IMG/VR virus record: IMGVR_UViG_3300043676_000044 | Coordinates: 1-60,690 of that record | Length of the DNA stretch: 60,690 nucleotides | Source: a virus | Lineage: Duplodnaviria; Caudoviricetes | Strand: one strand, 5' to 3' | In this document: in pieces, positions 16,080-25,351 of the stretch | Layout: every line of letters begins with the position of its first letter | How positions within the stretch are numbered: position 1 is the first letter of the stretch | Program-made: the position numbers and the translations under genes | Notes under the pieces: generated by a model | Database searches by the model: none | What the model saw: the letters and a program-made list of their open reading frames with translations, nothing else | What the model was told of the DNA's origin: nothing

Positions 16080-18694
16080 TGTCGATCACCTTCCCAAAAG
16101 TTCAGGCGCTCAGCACCAACCCGAATACGACGGTGGGTATTAACCCGAACCTGCCGGCGATCCCGAACCCGAACGTCGATCTCAAATCCGTGGCGACTGT
16201 CCTGCTTGCTTGCAAGCAAGCCATCGAAAGCCTGGGCGGGACCCGCGGTGCGATACTGGACCGGGCGGTTACCTTCAACGATCTGATCCGCGTCGGGTTG
16301 TCCTCGCCCCAATCGTTCATGAGCCCAACCGGGACCGTGCCGGGCGGGGGTCCTGGCACGGGTGGCGGCGGGGCGGGTTTCCCCGAGGCGCCGGTCGATA
16401 GCACGTTGTATGGGCGTATCGACACTACCTGGCAGCGGGCGCTGGCGCTGGCGGGCGGCACGATGACGGGGCCGATCGTGCTGGCGGGGAACGCCACCGC
16501 GCCGCTTCAGCCAGTGGCGCTCCAGCAGCTCTCAACTACCGTAGGCGCCTACCTGCCCCTGGCCGGGGGCACGCTCACCGGGCCGCTCACCCTGGCGGCC
16601 AACGGCACGGTGGCGCTGCATGCGGTCACCCTGCAGCAGCTCAATGCGGGGCTGACGGGCAAGGAGGACAAGGTCAACAAGGGTATTGCCAGCGGCTATG
16701 CCCCGCTCGATGCGGGGTCCAAAGTGCCCGCCGCCTTCCTGCCCGCCTATGTCGACGACGTGGTGGAGTTTGCCGATCTCGCCGCCTTCCCGGCGCCCGG
16801 CACGGCCGGGCTGATCTACGTCGCTCTTGACACTAACAAGATCTACCGCTGGTCGGGATCGACCTATGTCGAGATCAGCCCCAGCCCCGGCTCGACCGAC
16901 GCGGTGCCGGAAGGCGCGGTCAACCTCTATTTTACCAACGCGCGGGCCGCCGCTGCCGCCCCGGTGCAGAGCTTCAACACGCGCACCGGCGCGGTCACGC
17001 TGAGCAGTGGAGACGTGTCAGGGGCCAGCGGCTTGCTGACGACCGGCGGCGCGATGACAGGCGGGCTGAACTTCGGCAACACCGCCATGGCCGCAGTTGG
17101 TGACACCTCGCGGCACATCTCCTTGTATGGCGGCAGTGGAACCAGCGGGACCTTTGGTTTCAACGTCACTGGCGGACGAATAAACTACAGTGTTCCCTTG
17201 GTAGCTCACGTTCATAGCTTCAACGTTGCCGGTGTTGAGGAAGTGCGTATCACCAACACAGGCATCAATCTGCTGAACACCGGCTGGGTCAGTGGCTTGC
17301 TCGCGCCGACCGCCGCCGATCACGCAACGAATAAGGGCTACGTCGATGCCGCCGACGCGCTGCGGATTACCGATGCACCCAACGACGGCAAAGCCTATAT
17401 CAGGCAAAGTCTTGCCTGGGCACAGGCGGCGAGCACTGCCCTGCCGGTCGTGGTCGGGGATGTGCCGCCCACCCCTGTGGACGGGCAGCTGTGGTTCGAC
17501 TCGGTTGGGCTACAGCTTTACATCCGGTACAACGACGGTAATTCGTCGCAGTGGACATCAGCGACGAACCAGTTTGGCCTCACCTCCTACGCGCCACTGG
17601 CCAGCCCGGTCTTCTCTGGTGACGCCCGCTGCGTCACGCCCCCGCCAGGGGATAATGATACCTCCATTGCAACGACGGCCTTCGTGCAGCAGGCCGCTGT
17701 GACGGCGACGGCGGGGGCAGGGGCGGGGAATGTCGGGCGCAACCTCATCCACAACTCGCTTTTCACTGTGTGGCAGCGCGGAACGTCGTTCTCTGCTGGT
17801 GGCTACACGGCGGATCGTTGGCAACTGAGCCTTGGCCCTGACACAGGCACCGTGTCGCAAACCGTTGCGGCAGACAGTCAGCGAGCGAGTATAGGCGACG
17901 AGGCGGTGACCAATCTCCTGTCGGTTTCGTTCACCGGCAGTGCTGCCGCGAACGGCCTTGTGCAATTCCTGCAGCCGATCGAGGGCTTGCGCAGGCTTGC
18001 TGGCAAGACCGTGACTGTGTCGTTCTGGGCATCCAGCAACAACTCCTCTGGATTGAAGCTGGGGGTGAACCTCTACCTCGCCTACGGCACTGGTGGATCG
18101 CCATCCACGAACGACTATTTCCAGAATGCGCAGGTTCTCACGGGCGTGTATCCCTGGACACGGTATAGCCTGACCTTTACGGTGCCATCGTTGGCTGGCA
18201 AAACCCTGGGCACAAACAACAACGATGCAACGCTGCTCGTGTTCATGTTTTCCTGCGGGTCGAACTCGACCTTCTATCCGGGCTTCGGAGCACAATCCGG
18301 TCTTATTCAACTCTGGGGCGTCCAGTGTGAGATCGGCTCCGCTATGACGCAGCTAGAGAAAATCGAATACGCCGACGACCTTCGCCACTGCCAACGCTTC
18401 TATTACCAGGGCGTTCCACCACTGCGCGGTGTTGGGAGCGGCACTACCAATGTCGGGAGAATTGCCGCAATGCATCCAGTTCCGATGCGCGCGGTGCCAA
18501 CGGTCACGCTGGTAACGCCGTTACCGGTTTGGGATGGGGTAACAGCGACGACTGTGACTTCCATTCAGACTGTCTACGCAACAACAACTGCCTTTGAGCT
18601 GGATGCGGTTTCTGTTGCCGCTCTTGCTGCCGGTCGGCCAGCGATAGTTTATCAGGGCGCGGGTGGGCTGCTCACTGTATCGGCGGATCTCTGA
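16079..18694 (+). CDS. Tail fibre 2 with C-terminal carbohydrate-binding-like module
   Basis: LAGGTMTG repeats, SFNTRTGAVTL, IATTAFV, RNLIHNSLFTVWQRG..HCQRFY. Confidence 0.85.
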   Translation: MSITFPKVQALSTNPNTTVGINPNLPAIPNPNVDLKSVATVLLACKQAIESLGGTRGAILDRAVTFNDLIRVGLSSPQSFMSPTGTVPGGGPGTGGGGAGFPEAPVDSTLYGRIDTTWQRALALAGGTMTGPIVLAGNATAPLQPVALQQLSTTVGAYLPLAGGTLTGPLTLAANGTVALHAVTLQQLNAGLTGKEDKVNKGIASGYAPLDAGSKVPAAFLPAYVDDVVEFADLAAFPAPGTAGLIYVALDTNKIYRWSGSTYVEISPSPGSTDAVPEGAVNLYFTNARAAAAAPVQSFNTRTGAVTLSSGDVSGASGLLTTGGAMTGGLNFGNTAMAAVGDTSRHISLYGGSGTSGTFGFNVTGGRINYSVPLVAHVHSFNVAGVEEVRITNTGINLLNTGWVSGLLAPTAADHATNKGYVDAADALRITDAPNDGKAYIRQSLAWAQAASTALPVVVGDVPPTPVDGQLWFDSVGLQLYIRYNDGNSSQWTSATNQFGLTSYAPLASPVFSGDARCVTPPPGDNDTSIATTAFVQQAAVTATAGAGAGNVGRNLIHNSLFTVWQRGTSFSAGGYTADRWQLSLGPDTGTVSQTVAADSQRASIGDEAVTNLLSVSFTGSAAANGLVQFLQPIEGLRRLAGKTVTVSFWASSNNSSGLKLGVNLYLAYGTGGSPSTNDYFQNAQVLTGVYPWTRYSLTFTVPSLAGKTLGTNNNDATLLVFMFSCGSNSTFYPGFGAQSGLIQLWGVQCEIGSAMTQLEKIEYADDLRHCQRFYYQGVPPLRGVGSGTTNVGRIAAMHPVPMRAVPTVTLVTPLPVWDGVTATTVTSIQTVYATTTAFELDAVSVAALAAGRPAIVYQGAGGLLTVSADL

Positions 18695-18696
18695 TC

Positions 18697-20469
18697 ATGG
18701 CATTCGATTTCCCCAACGTACCGACCAACGGCCAGACCGTCACTACCCCTGTCGGGGCGATCTACACCTGGGATACGGTCAAGTGGCTGGCGTCGACCAC
18801 ATCCGCCGCGCCGCCTTACCTGCCGCTGGCGGGCGGCGATGTCACCGGCACTATCGGCGTCGGCGCCGCGCGACCGGGCGATGCGCTGGCGGGCACGGTG
18901 CTGCCGGCGCGGCTGGTGATGCCGATCGACGGGAACATCACATGGAATGCCTATTGGACTGGCTCCGCGTGGAAGACGCGGGCGGCCGGGTTTAGCGGAT
19001 CGCTCAACGTCGAGGTCGGGGATGGCGCGTTTCGGTTCTACATCGCGCCGTCGGTAGCAGCGGGTGCGGCACCAGTCTACAAGATGGCGCTCGCGCTTAC
19101 CCAGGCGGGGCATCTTGTCGGCAGCACCAGCACCGCGCCACCGGCCGATGCGAGCGCGCCCATGGTGTCGATGATTGAATACACGACACCGGGCCAGGGA
19201 CATTACGCGTTCAACGCCTATGTCGGCACGACCGGTGGGGTGGCGTGGAAGGCGCTGACCACCGGCTATGGTGCGAATATCTATCAGGCGTCTGCGGGAA
19301 ACGTCGCGCTCTCGTTGTTCGGCACCGCCAATGCGGGTGCGTCATTCGGGGCGGCGCAGTTGTTCAACTTTGGTCAGGATGGTTCTTTCACTGCGCCCGG
19401 CAGCGTGTGGGCGGCGAACCTCCCTGGTAGTTTCGGGTTGCAGAATTTTGGCGGCGGCTGGTGGGGGTTGCGCTTCCAATCAGATGGCTGGCGGCTGCAA
19501 TGGAACACCGCCAACGGCGATCTGCAATTCGTCAATGACACCAGTTCGCCCCGGTTCACTTGTTATTCTTCCGGTGTTTTCACTACCGCCGGTTATATCA
19601 ATGCGGGTGGCGTGGACGGCAACGGTTACGCCTTTACCAGCAGCGCGGGCGGCGCGTGGCTCAACGGTCAGATTTACGCGCAAACGAACGTCACTGCCGG
19701 GGGCACGGTGCAGGGCGCCTATATCCATTCAACCCAGGATGTCCGCGCTGACAGCTACGTCTACGGCAACCGGATAGTGTCCAACACCGGCATCTTTCAG
19801 GTCGCGGAAGGCTATAATCTGTCGCGCAATAGCAGTGACGGCCGCTGGATATTCTATGAGGGCGGCACATGGAATTGTCAGATCAGTACCGGTGGTGATG
19901 TCTCCGCGCGCGGCACGGTCTACGGAAACGGCCATGTGTTCAGCTACAACAACGTCTATGCACTCAATGACTGGAGCTTCTATTTCGGCGGTGGTGGAAG
20001 TGGTAAGATCTTTCAGTTCCAGGGCAGTTGGTATTGGGATTGGGCCAGCGCCAGCGGCAATTTGATCTGGTTTCGCGGCGGTGGCACCAACTGGGTGCAG
20101 CACTCAAACAGTAGTTGCTACAACAATGAGAATTGGGTTGGTGGACATGGCTGGGTCGATCTGTCCGATGAGCGGCTCAAACAGGACATAACACCTGATA
20201 GCACCGGCCTCGATGTGGTAACACGCCTGCGGCCAATCCGCTTCCGCCGCAAGGGACAGGATCGAGAAGAAATCGGCTTCTCTGCACAACAGGTGCAATC
20301 AGTCATTCCCGAAGCAGTGATTGGCACGACTGCTTCACTGACACCTGGGGGTCCGCTGGAGAACGAACCCACGACACTGGGTGTGGCAACCGGTCAGATC
20401 ATCGCCGTGCTGGTGAACGCCGTCAAAACCCTGGACGCGCGCCTGGGCGCGCTGGAGGCAAAGCCATGA
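18697..20469 (+). CDS. Tail fibre 3 with S74-type chaperone domain
   Basis: MAFDFPNVPTNGQ start; SDERLKQDI..IGFSAQQV; paralogous to 8405-10633. Confidence 0.86.
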   Translation: MAFDFPNVPTNGQTVTTPVGAIYTWDTVKWLASTTSAAPPYLPLAGGDVTGTIGVGAARPGDALAGTVLPARLVMPIDGNITWNAYWTGSAWKTRAAGFSGSLNVEVGDGAFRFYIAPSVAAGAAPVYKMALALTQAGHLVGSTSTAPPADASAPMVSMIEYTTPGQGHYAFNAYVGTTGGVAWKALTTGYGANIYQASAGNVALSLFGTANAGASFGAAQLFNFGQDGSFTAPGSVWAANLPGSFGLQNFGGGWWGLRFQSDGWRLQWNTANGDLQFVNDTSSPRFTCYSSGVFTTAGYINAGGVDGNGYAFTSSAGGAWLNGQIYAQTNVTAGGTVQGAYIHSTQDVRADSYVYGNRIVSNTGIFQVAEGYNLSRNSSDGRWIFYEGGTWNCQISTGGDVSARGTVYGNGHVFSYNNVYALNDWSFYFGGGGSGKIFQFQGSWYWDWASASGNLIWFRGGGTNWVQHSNSSCYNNENWVGGHGWVDLSDERLKQDITPDSTGLDVVTRLRPIRFRRKGQDREEIGFSAQQVQSVIPEAVIGTTASLTPGGPLENEPTTLGVATGQIIAVLVNAVKTLDARLGALEAKP

Positions 20470-20822
20470 CCGCAACCATCATTTCCACAACCGGCAACTA
20501 CCCGTTCGGCAACATGACCAATCAACTGGTCGGGAAGCTGATCTTGGCGCAGACCCAGATGCAACGCTTGCAGGAGGCGATTGCCACCGCCTCGTCAGGC
20601 TATACCGGCACCCCCGGCACCGAGTTTGAGGCCCCGTTCCCTGGGCTCACGCCGGGCGCTCCCGGGGCGAACCTGTTCGGGGTGGTGCCCAGCTCCATCG
20701 CGGGCGAGCAAGGGCAGTCCTACGCCTACGCGGTCAATTCGCTGTTCGGGGTGTGGGAAACCTTCTGGACCGCCGCGCGGCCTTATATCGAGCAGCTCGA
20801 TAACGGGGGGACATCGATGTGA
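20466..20822 (+). CDS. Hypothetical protein
   Basis: Coupled ORF. Confidence 0.65.
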   Translation: MTATIISTTGNYPFGNMTNQLVGKLILAQTQMQRLQEAIATASSGYTGTPGTEFEAPFPGLTPGAPGANLFGVVPSSIAGEQGQSYAYAVNSLFGVWETFWTAARPYIEQLDNGGTSM

Positions 20823-21040
20823 TCCAGCGCAAGCCACGTCCCTCCCGCGCCACTGGGCGTCCGGTCGGACGGCCACCCAAGCTCGCGCAGCGCACCCGCG
20901 CTCACGCCATCGCCGCCGCTGAACCCATGATCAGCGTCAAGGCGCTGGCGCGGCGCGTCGGCGTCAGCCCCGAGCGCATTCGGTTCTGGGGTATCAAGGA
21001 GGCGAGCGCATCGTCTTCCTTGAAAGCCAGATTACCGTAG
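20819..21040 (+). CDS. Small HTH DNA-binding protein with AT-hook-like N-terminus
   Basis: GRPVGRPPK..SVKALARRVGVSPERIRFW; stop codon lies within a motif copy. Confidence 0.55.
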   Translation: MIQRKPRPSRATGRPVGRPPKLAQRTRAHAIAAAEPMISVKALARRVGVSPERIRFWGIKEASASSSLKARLP

Positions 21041-21079
21041 TTCAGATGGACGGCGGCGGGCAGAACGACTACCGTAACC

Positions 21080-21565
21080 GTGATACCCCTGACGGGGGAG
21101 GCCATGCGTGACATCCGTATCAACGAGCCGGGCGCCGGCGAATGGATCATGGCGAGGGTCACTGGTTCGTTCTTGCCGAGCCATGACCACAGCTTCGCCA
21201 CCTACCGCGATGGCAGGATCGTGGGCGGCTTCGCGATGTGCCACTACCTCGGCGCCTCAGCCACGATCCACATGGCGGGCGACGACGAGCACTGGTGCTC
21301 GCCCGACCTGCTCTGGATGGTCTTCGACTACGCCTTCAACCAGCTGGGGATGCGCAAGTTGATCGCCCCGGTGCGCAGCAACAACTACCTCGCTTTGTCG
21401 CAGGATCTGCGTGCCGGCTGGTTCCCCGAAGCGATCATCCGCGACGCCTACCCCGACGCGCATATGTTCATCCTGACCCTGACGCGCGAGCGGTGCCGCT
21501 GGCTCAAGGTCAAGCCGAAACGCTGGATGACCGGCGAGCAGGCCAGAAAACTGGAGGCTGTCTAG
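21080..21565 (+). CDS. GNAT-fold acetyltransferase-like protein
   Basis: FDYAFNQLG.RKL..V.SNN..GW.PEA.IRDAY; usual position before ejection proteins. Confidence 0.75.
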   Translation: MIPLTGEAMRDIRINEPGAGEWIMARVTGSFLPSHDHSFATYRDGRIVGGFAMCHYLGASATIHMAGDDEHWCSPDLLWMVFDYAFNQLGMRKLIAPVRSNNYLALSQDLRAGWFPEAIIRDAYPDAHMFILTLTRERCRWLKVKPKRWMTGEQARKLEAV

Positions 21566-21594
21566 TGGTTTATAATGGTGGAGGAGTCTGAGCC

Positions 21595-22410
21595 GTGGGT
21601 GGAAAGGGAGACGCACCGCCAGCCCCAGATTATACGCCGATAGCGCAGTCGAGCCTGGAGTCGGCCAAAGTCGCGCAGGAGACCTCGCGCGAGCAGCTGC
21701 AATGGGCCAAGGAGCAATACGCCGACCAGGCCCCGACGACCAAGAAGTTCGTCGACCAGATGGTCGACGACAGCAAGCAGCAAAGCGCGCACGCGCAGAC
21801 GATGTTCGATCAATATCAGCAGACTTTCCAGCCGATGATGAAGAAGTTCGCCGACACGGCGAGCGGCTGGAACACTCCGGGGCGGGCGGAGCAGCAGGCC
21901 GGCATGGCGATGGCCGACGTGTCGACCCAGATGAACAAGCAGCGCGAGGCCAGCCTGCAGCAGCTCGAGAGCTTCGGCGTCGACCCGAGCCAGACCCGCT
22001 ACGCGGCACTGGACCTCGGCACCCGCGTGCAGCAGGCCGCGGCCACGGCCGCGACCGGCACCCAGTCGCGCCAGCTGACCGAGCAGCAGGCACTCGCGCT
22101 GCAGGGACAGGCTATAAATATCGGGTCGGGGATACCTTCACAGGTCACCCAGACCTTCGCCGGCGCGGCCGGGTCGGGCGGCACGGGGATGAACGCGGCC
22201 AATGCCGGGATGCAGACAGGATCTAACATCATGGGCTCGCCGACCTCGTGGGGACAGCTGGGCAACCAGTCCCTGGGCACCAGCATCAACGCGATGAACA
22301 CCGGATACAGCAACGCCATGCAGGGCGCACAGTTCGAGAGGCAGGGGAGCCAGGACACCATGAAGGGCATCGGCTCGCTGGTTGGCGCGGCCGCGATGCT
22401 GGCGATCTGA
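21595..22410 (+). CDS. Internal virion/ejection (pilot-type) protein
   Basis: MGGKGDAPPAPDY start; Q/A/G-rich helical protein. Confidence 0.75.
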   Translation: MGGKGDAPPAPDYTPIAQSSLESAKVAQETSREQLQWAKEQYADQAPTTKKFVDQMVDDSKQQSAHAQTMFDQYQQTFQPMMKKFADTASGWNTPGRAEQQAGMAMADVSTQMNKQREASLQQLESFGVDPSQTRYAALDLGTRVQQAAATAATGTQSRQLTEQQALALQGQAINIGSGIPSQVTQTFAGAAGSGGTGMNAANAGMQTGSNIMGSPTSWGQLGNQSLGTSINAMNTGYSNAMQGAQFERQGSQDTMKGIGSLVGAAAMLAI

Positions 22411-22411
22411 C

Positions 22412-25351
22412 ATGGCATTCTATCTCGGGAGTTTCACCAGCGGGTTGTTCGAGGGTGCCAACCAAATGTTGGGCATGCAGGAAGGTCTGCATCGCCTCAA
22501 GGACTGGGACACGCACGACAAGGCATCGGAAGCCGCGGCGCGCGAAGCCGCCGATGCGATGGCGAATGCGGGCAAGCCGCAGGAATACAAGCCGATCGAC
22601 GTGCGGGTGGATCAGCGCCCGGCGGTAGCACCGGGCGGCGGCGAGCCGGGCGCCGCGGGGGGCGGGCGCAAGGACGATATCCCGCCGCCGAAGACCAAGG
22701 CCGCGCCCGCGCCCGCGACCATGCCCTCGACCCTGCCGCAGATCGACGTGTCGGGCATCCCGGCGATCCCCGGCGATCCCAATGCCAAGCCCAATGTCGC
22801 GCCCGGCCAGTCGTGGTGGACCCGGCCGGTCTCGGAGCTGGTTCCCGACTGGATGAAGCCGCAGCCGGGCCAGAACGAGCCGGGCAACTTCCCGCCCTCG
22901 CCCGCGGCCCAGCCGGGGCAGGCCGCGATCGCGCCGCCGCAATCGCCCTACCCGCCCACATCCGCGCCTACCGGCCAGCCCACGCAGGTCCCACCGATCG
23001 ACCCGAACAAACCGCAGATCGAGCAGCTGCGGGCCATGACGATGCCGCAGCTCCAGACCCTTCTGAGCAATCCCGGCAATATGAACCGGACGCTGATCCG
23101 GCAGGCTTTGGACGAGAAGCGCCAGGCAGCGATCCCGGCGGAACCGCCCGACACCAATTTCCCGCCTACGCCCGTAACCCAGCTTTCTCCCCAGCAGGCG
23201 CCAGCACCTCCCGCCACGGCTGCGGCACCGCCTCCCGCGCCCCCGGCCTCCCCCGGCAGCGGTACCATGGGCGCGTCCAACCAGCCACCGGGCGCGGGCG
23301 GTGGCGTTCCGGCCCAAACGGCGGGGCTGGTCGTGCCGCCGGGCGTCACCCCGCCGCCGGGTGTGGCTGTCCCGCCACAACAGCAGGTTGCCGCCGCTGC
23401 TGCCCCGCCACCGGTCCCGCCCAGCGAGGCGGCGCCGACGGGCAATATGCTCACCAGGGCGCTCAGCGCGATCAACCCGATCAGCACCGCCCAGGCGGCG
23501 GAGGTGCCGCCGAAGCCGCAGGCCGCCCTGCCCCCGGCCTCCAGCCGCACCGATATGACCGTCACGCCGCAGGGACCGGAGGATCGCGAGACGCGCGCGC
23601 AGCCCCCGCCTCCCGCGCCCGGCGGTCTCGGCGCCGCCAAGCTGGGCCAGCCCGACAGTGTCGCGGTCCCGGCGGCGATCCCGCCCAAGGGCGAGGTGCC
23701 CGCCAAGGTCGCGGAGTCCGACCCGACAGCCAAGCCCAGCCCGGCGCAACCGGCGGGACCGGCGGTCAGCACGCCCTCAATTACCGTAGCTCCGGATCAG
23801 CAGGGTCCGACCCAGCGTAGCGAGACCCCGCCGAAGGTGACCCAGCCGCCGCTCGACCTGTCCGCCTGGGAGACCGTCAAGCAACAGCGTTCGCCCGAGG
23901 TGGTGGCCGAGATCGAGCGCATCGCGTCCAAGTGGGGCGTCTCGCCCGAGCGTATCGCCGCTCATTGGAAAATGGAGAGCGGCCTGCGCGGGTCGAGCGA
24001 GAACGGTAAGGCTGGCGAGATCGGGGTGATGCAGATCATGCCCGGAACGCGCGATCTGGTGGACCCGCACCACAAGCTGGACCCGACCAATTTCTGGGAC
24101 AACATCGAACTTTCGGCGAAGATCATCGCGCGCTGCGACGCCGAGTTCGGCCGCGACACGGTGGCCTCGGCCGCCGCCTACAATGCTGGCCCCGGCGGTG
24201 CCAATCGGATGCCCAGCGGCAACGGCCCGGCCAGCACCTACACCTATGTCCAGCGGATGTTTCACGGACAGATTAACAACGATATGTACGCCACCGGCTC
24301 CCGCTCCGGTACCGGTGGCGGCGGCAGCGGCGAGGGTGGCGGCGTGAGGCTCATGGAGGCGGGGGTGCAGGGTGGCCCCGACGGGTTTATCTCCATGGTC
24401 GCCCAGACCGGCGCGCCCAATGCGACCCTGACCGACAAGTGGCACTCCGCGAACTACGCGATCATCAAGGATGCGTATCGTCTTGGCGGGGCCGAGGGCG
24501 CCCAGCACGCCATGGATTTCATTACGCAAATGAGTCACATGGGCAGCAACAACGCCCTGATGAGCGCCTACCGGGCGATGTCGGCGGGCGACACGACCAC
24601 CGCCGCGCAGCAGCTCGCCCGCGCGCACACCTTCTTCCCCGACGGGGCGATCGGGCAATTCGGCGTCGACGGCAAGGGCAATCTCTGGGCCCAGCGGGTC
24701 AGTGAGCAATACCCCACGGTCAAACTGGGGCAGCCGTTCCAGGTCACCCGCGAGGGGATCGAGCAGATGCTGGTGCAGACCCACGACCCCAATAAATACG
24801 TCGCCATGCTCAGCCAGATGCGGGCCAACAACCAGAAGGTAGCGTTGGAGGCGGCGCGGCAGAAATGGTACGAGGGTGCCGACCAGCGGGCCGAGACCCG
24901 CGCCGATGCGGCCATCGCCGGTCGCGCGATTGGCGGCAGTGGCACGACCCCCGGCCAATTGGCGGATGACCGTGCCCGCGAGACCGCTATCAACACCTCG
25001 GTCGACAAGGCGTTCCACGTAGATCCCAGCAAAGTCGCCGACGAGAAGGACCTGCCGAAGCTGCGGGTCGAGGGCGCGGTCGGTTCGCTGGCGATGCGCG
25101 ACCTCATGACCAATTCCAAGATGCCTGCCGCTACCGCCGAGCATTACGGGCGCGGCATTAACTCGGGTGACTACGAGATGCGCAAGACCGAGGACGGCAG
25201 GGTCGGGTTGTATCGCAAGGGCGCCCCCGCCGGCGGCTCGCCCGACGCGCTGATATCTCCGGAGACGGCCGCGGCGATCACCCGCACCGCGCCCAATGTG
25301 CGGATCGTCGCGCCCTCCGCGCCGGCGAAGCCGCAGGCCAAGCCGGGATGA
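22412..25351 (+). CDS. Ejection protein with lytic transglycosylase (SLT) domain and long Pro-rich linker
   Basis: MESG..GEIGVMQIMPGT..AAAYNAGPG SLT motifs; likely start ATG 22412. Confidence 0.85.
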   Translation: MAFYLGSFTSGLFEGANQMLGMQEGLHRLKDWDTHDKASEAAAREAADAMANAGKPQEYKPIDVRVDQRPAVAPGGGEPGAAGGGRKDDIPPPKTKAAPAPATMPSTLPQIDVSGIPAIPGDPNAKPNVAPGQSWWTRPVSELVPDWMKPQPGQNEPGNFPPSPAAQPGQAAIAPPQSPYPPTSAPTGQPTQVPPIDPNKPQIEQLRAMTMPQLQTLLSNPGNMNRTLIRQALDEKRQAAIPAEPPDTNFPPTPVTQLSPQQAPAPPATAAAPPPAPPASPGSGTMGASNQPPGAGGGVPAQTAGLVVPPGVTPPPGVAVPPQQQVAAAAAPPPVPPSEAAPTGNMLTRALSAINPISTAQAAEVPPKPQAALPPASSRTDMTVTPQGPEDRETRAQPPPPAPGGLGAAKLGQPDSVAVPAAIPPKGEVPAKVAESDPTAKPSPAQPAGPAVSTPSITVAPDQQGPTQRSETPPKVTQPPLDLSAWETVKQQRSPEVVAEIERIASKWGVSPERIAAHWKMESGLRGSSENGKAGEIGVMQIMPGTRDLVDPHHKLDPTNFWDNIELSAKIIARCDAEFGRDTVASAAAYNAGPGGANRMPSGNGPASTYTYVQRMFHGQINNDMYATGSRSGTGGGGSGEGGGVRLMEAGVQGGPDGFISMVAQTGAPNATLTDKWHSANYAIIKDAYRLGGAEGAQHAMDFITQMSHMGSNNALMSAYRAMSAGDTTTAAQQLARAHTFFPDGAIGQFGVDGKGNLWAQRVSEQYPTVKLGQPFQVTREGIEQMLVQTHDPNKYVAMLSQMRANNQKVALEAARQKWYEGADQRAETRADAAIAGRAIGGSGTTPGQLADDRARETAINTSVDKAFHVDPSKVADEKDLPKLRVEGAVGSLAMRDLMTNSKMPAATAEHYGRGINSGDYEMRKTEDGRVGLYRKGAPAGGSPDALISPETAAAITRTAPNVRIVAPSAPAKPQAKPG

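Noticed and set aside
8405-20469. Diversity-generating retroelement acting on tail fibres
   Set aside because: No reverse transcriptase and no near-identical TR/VR pair seen; fibre similarity is at the protein level
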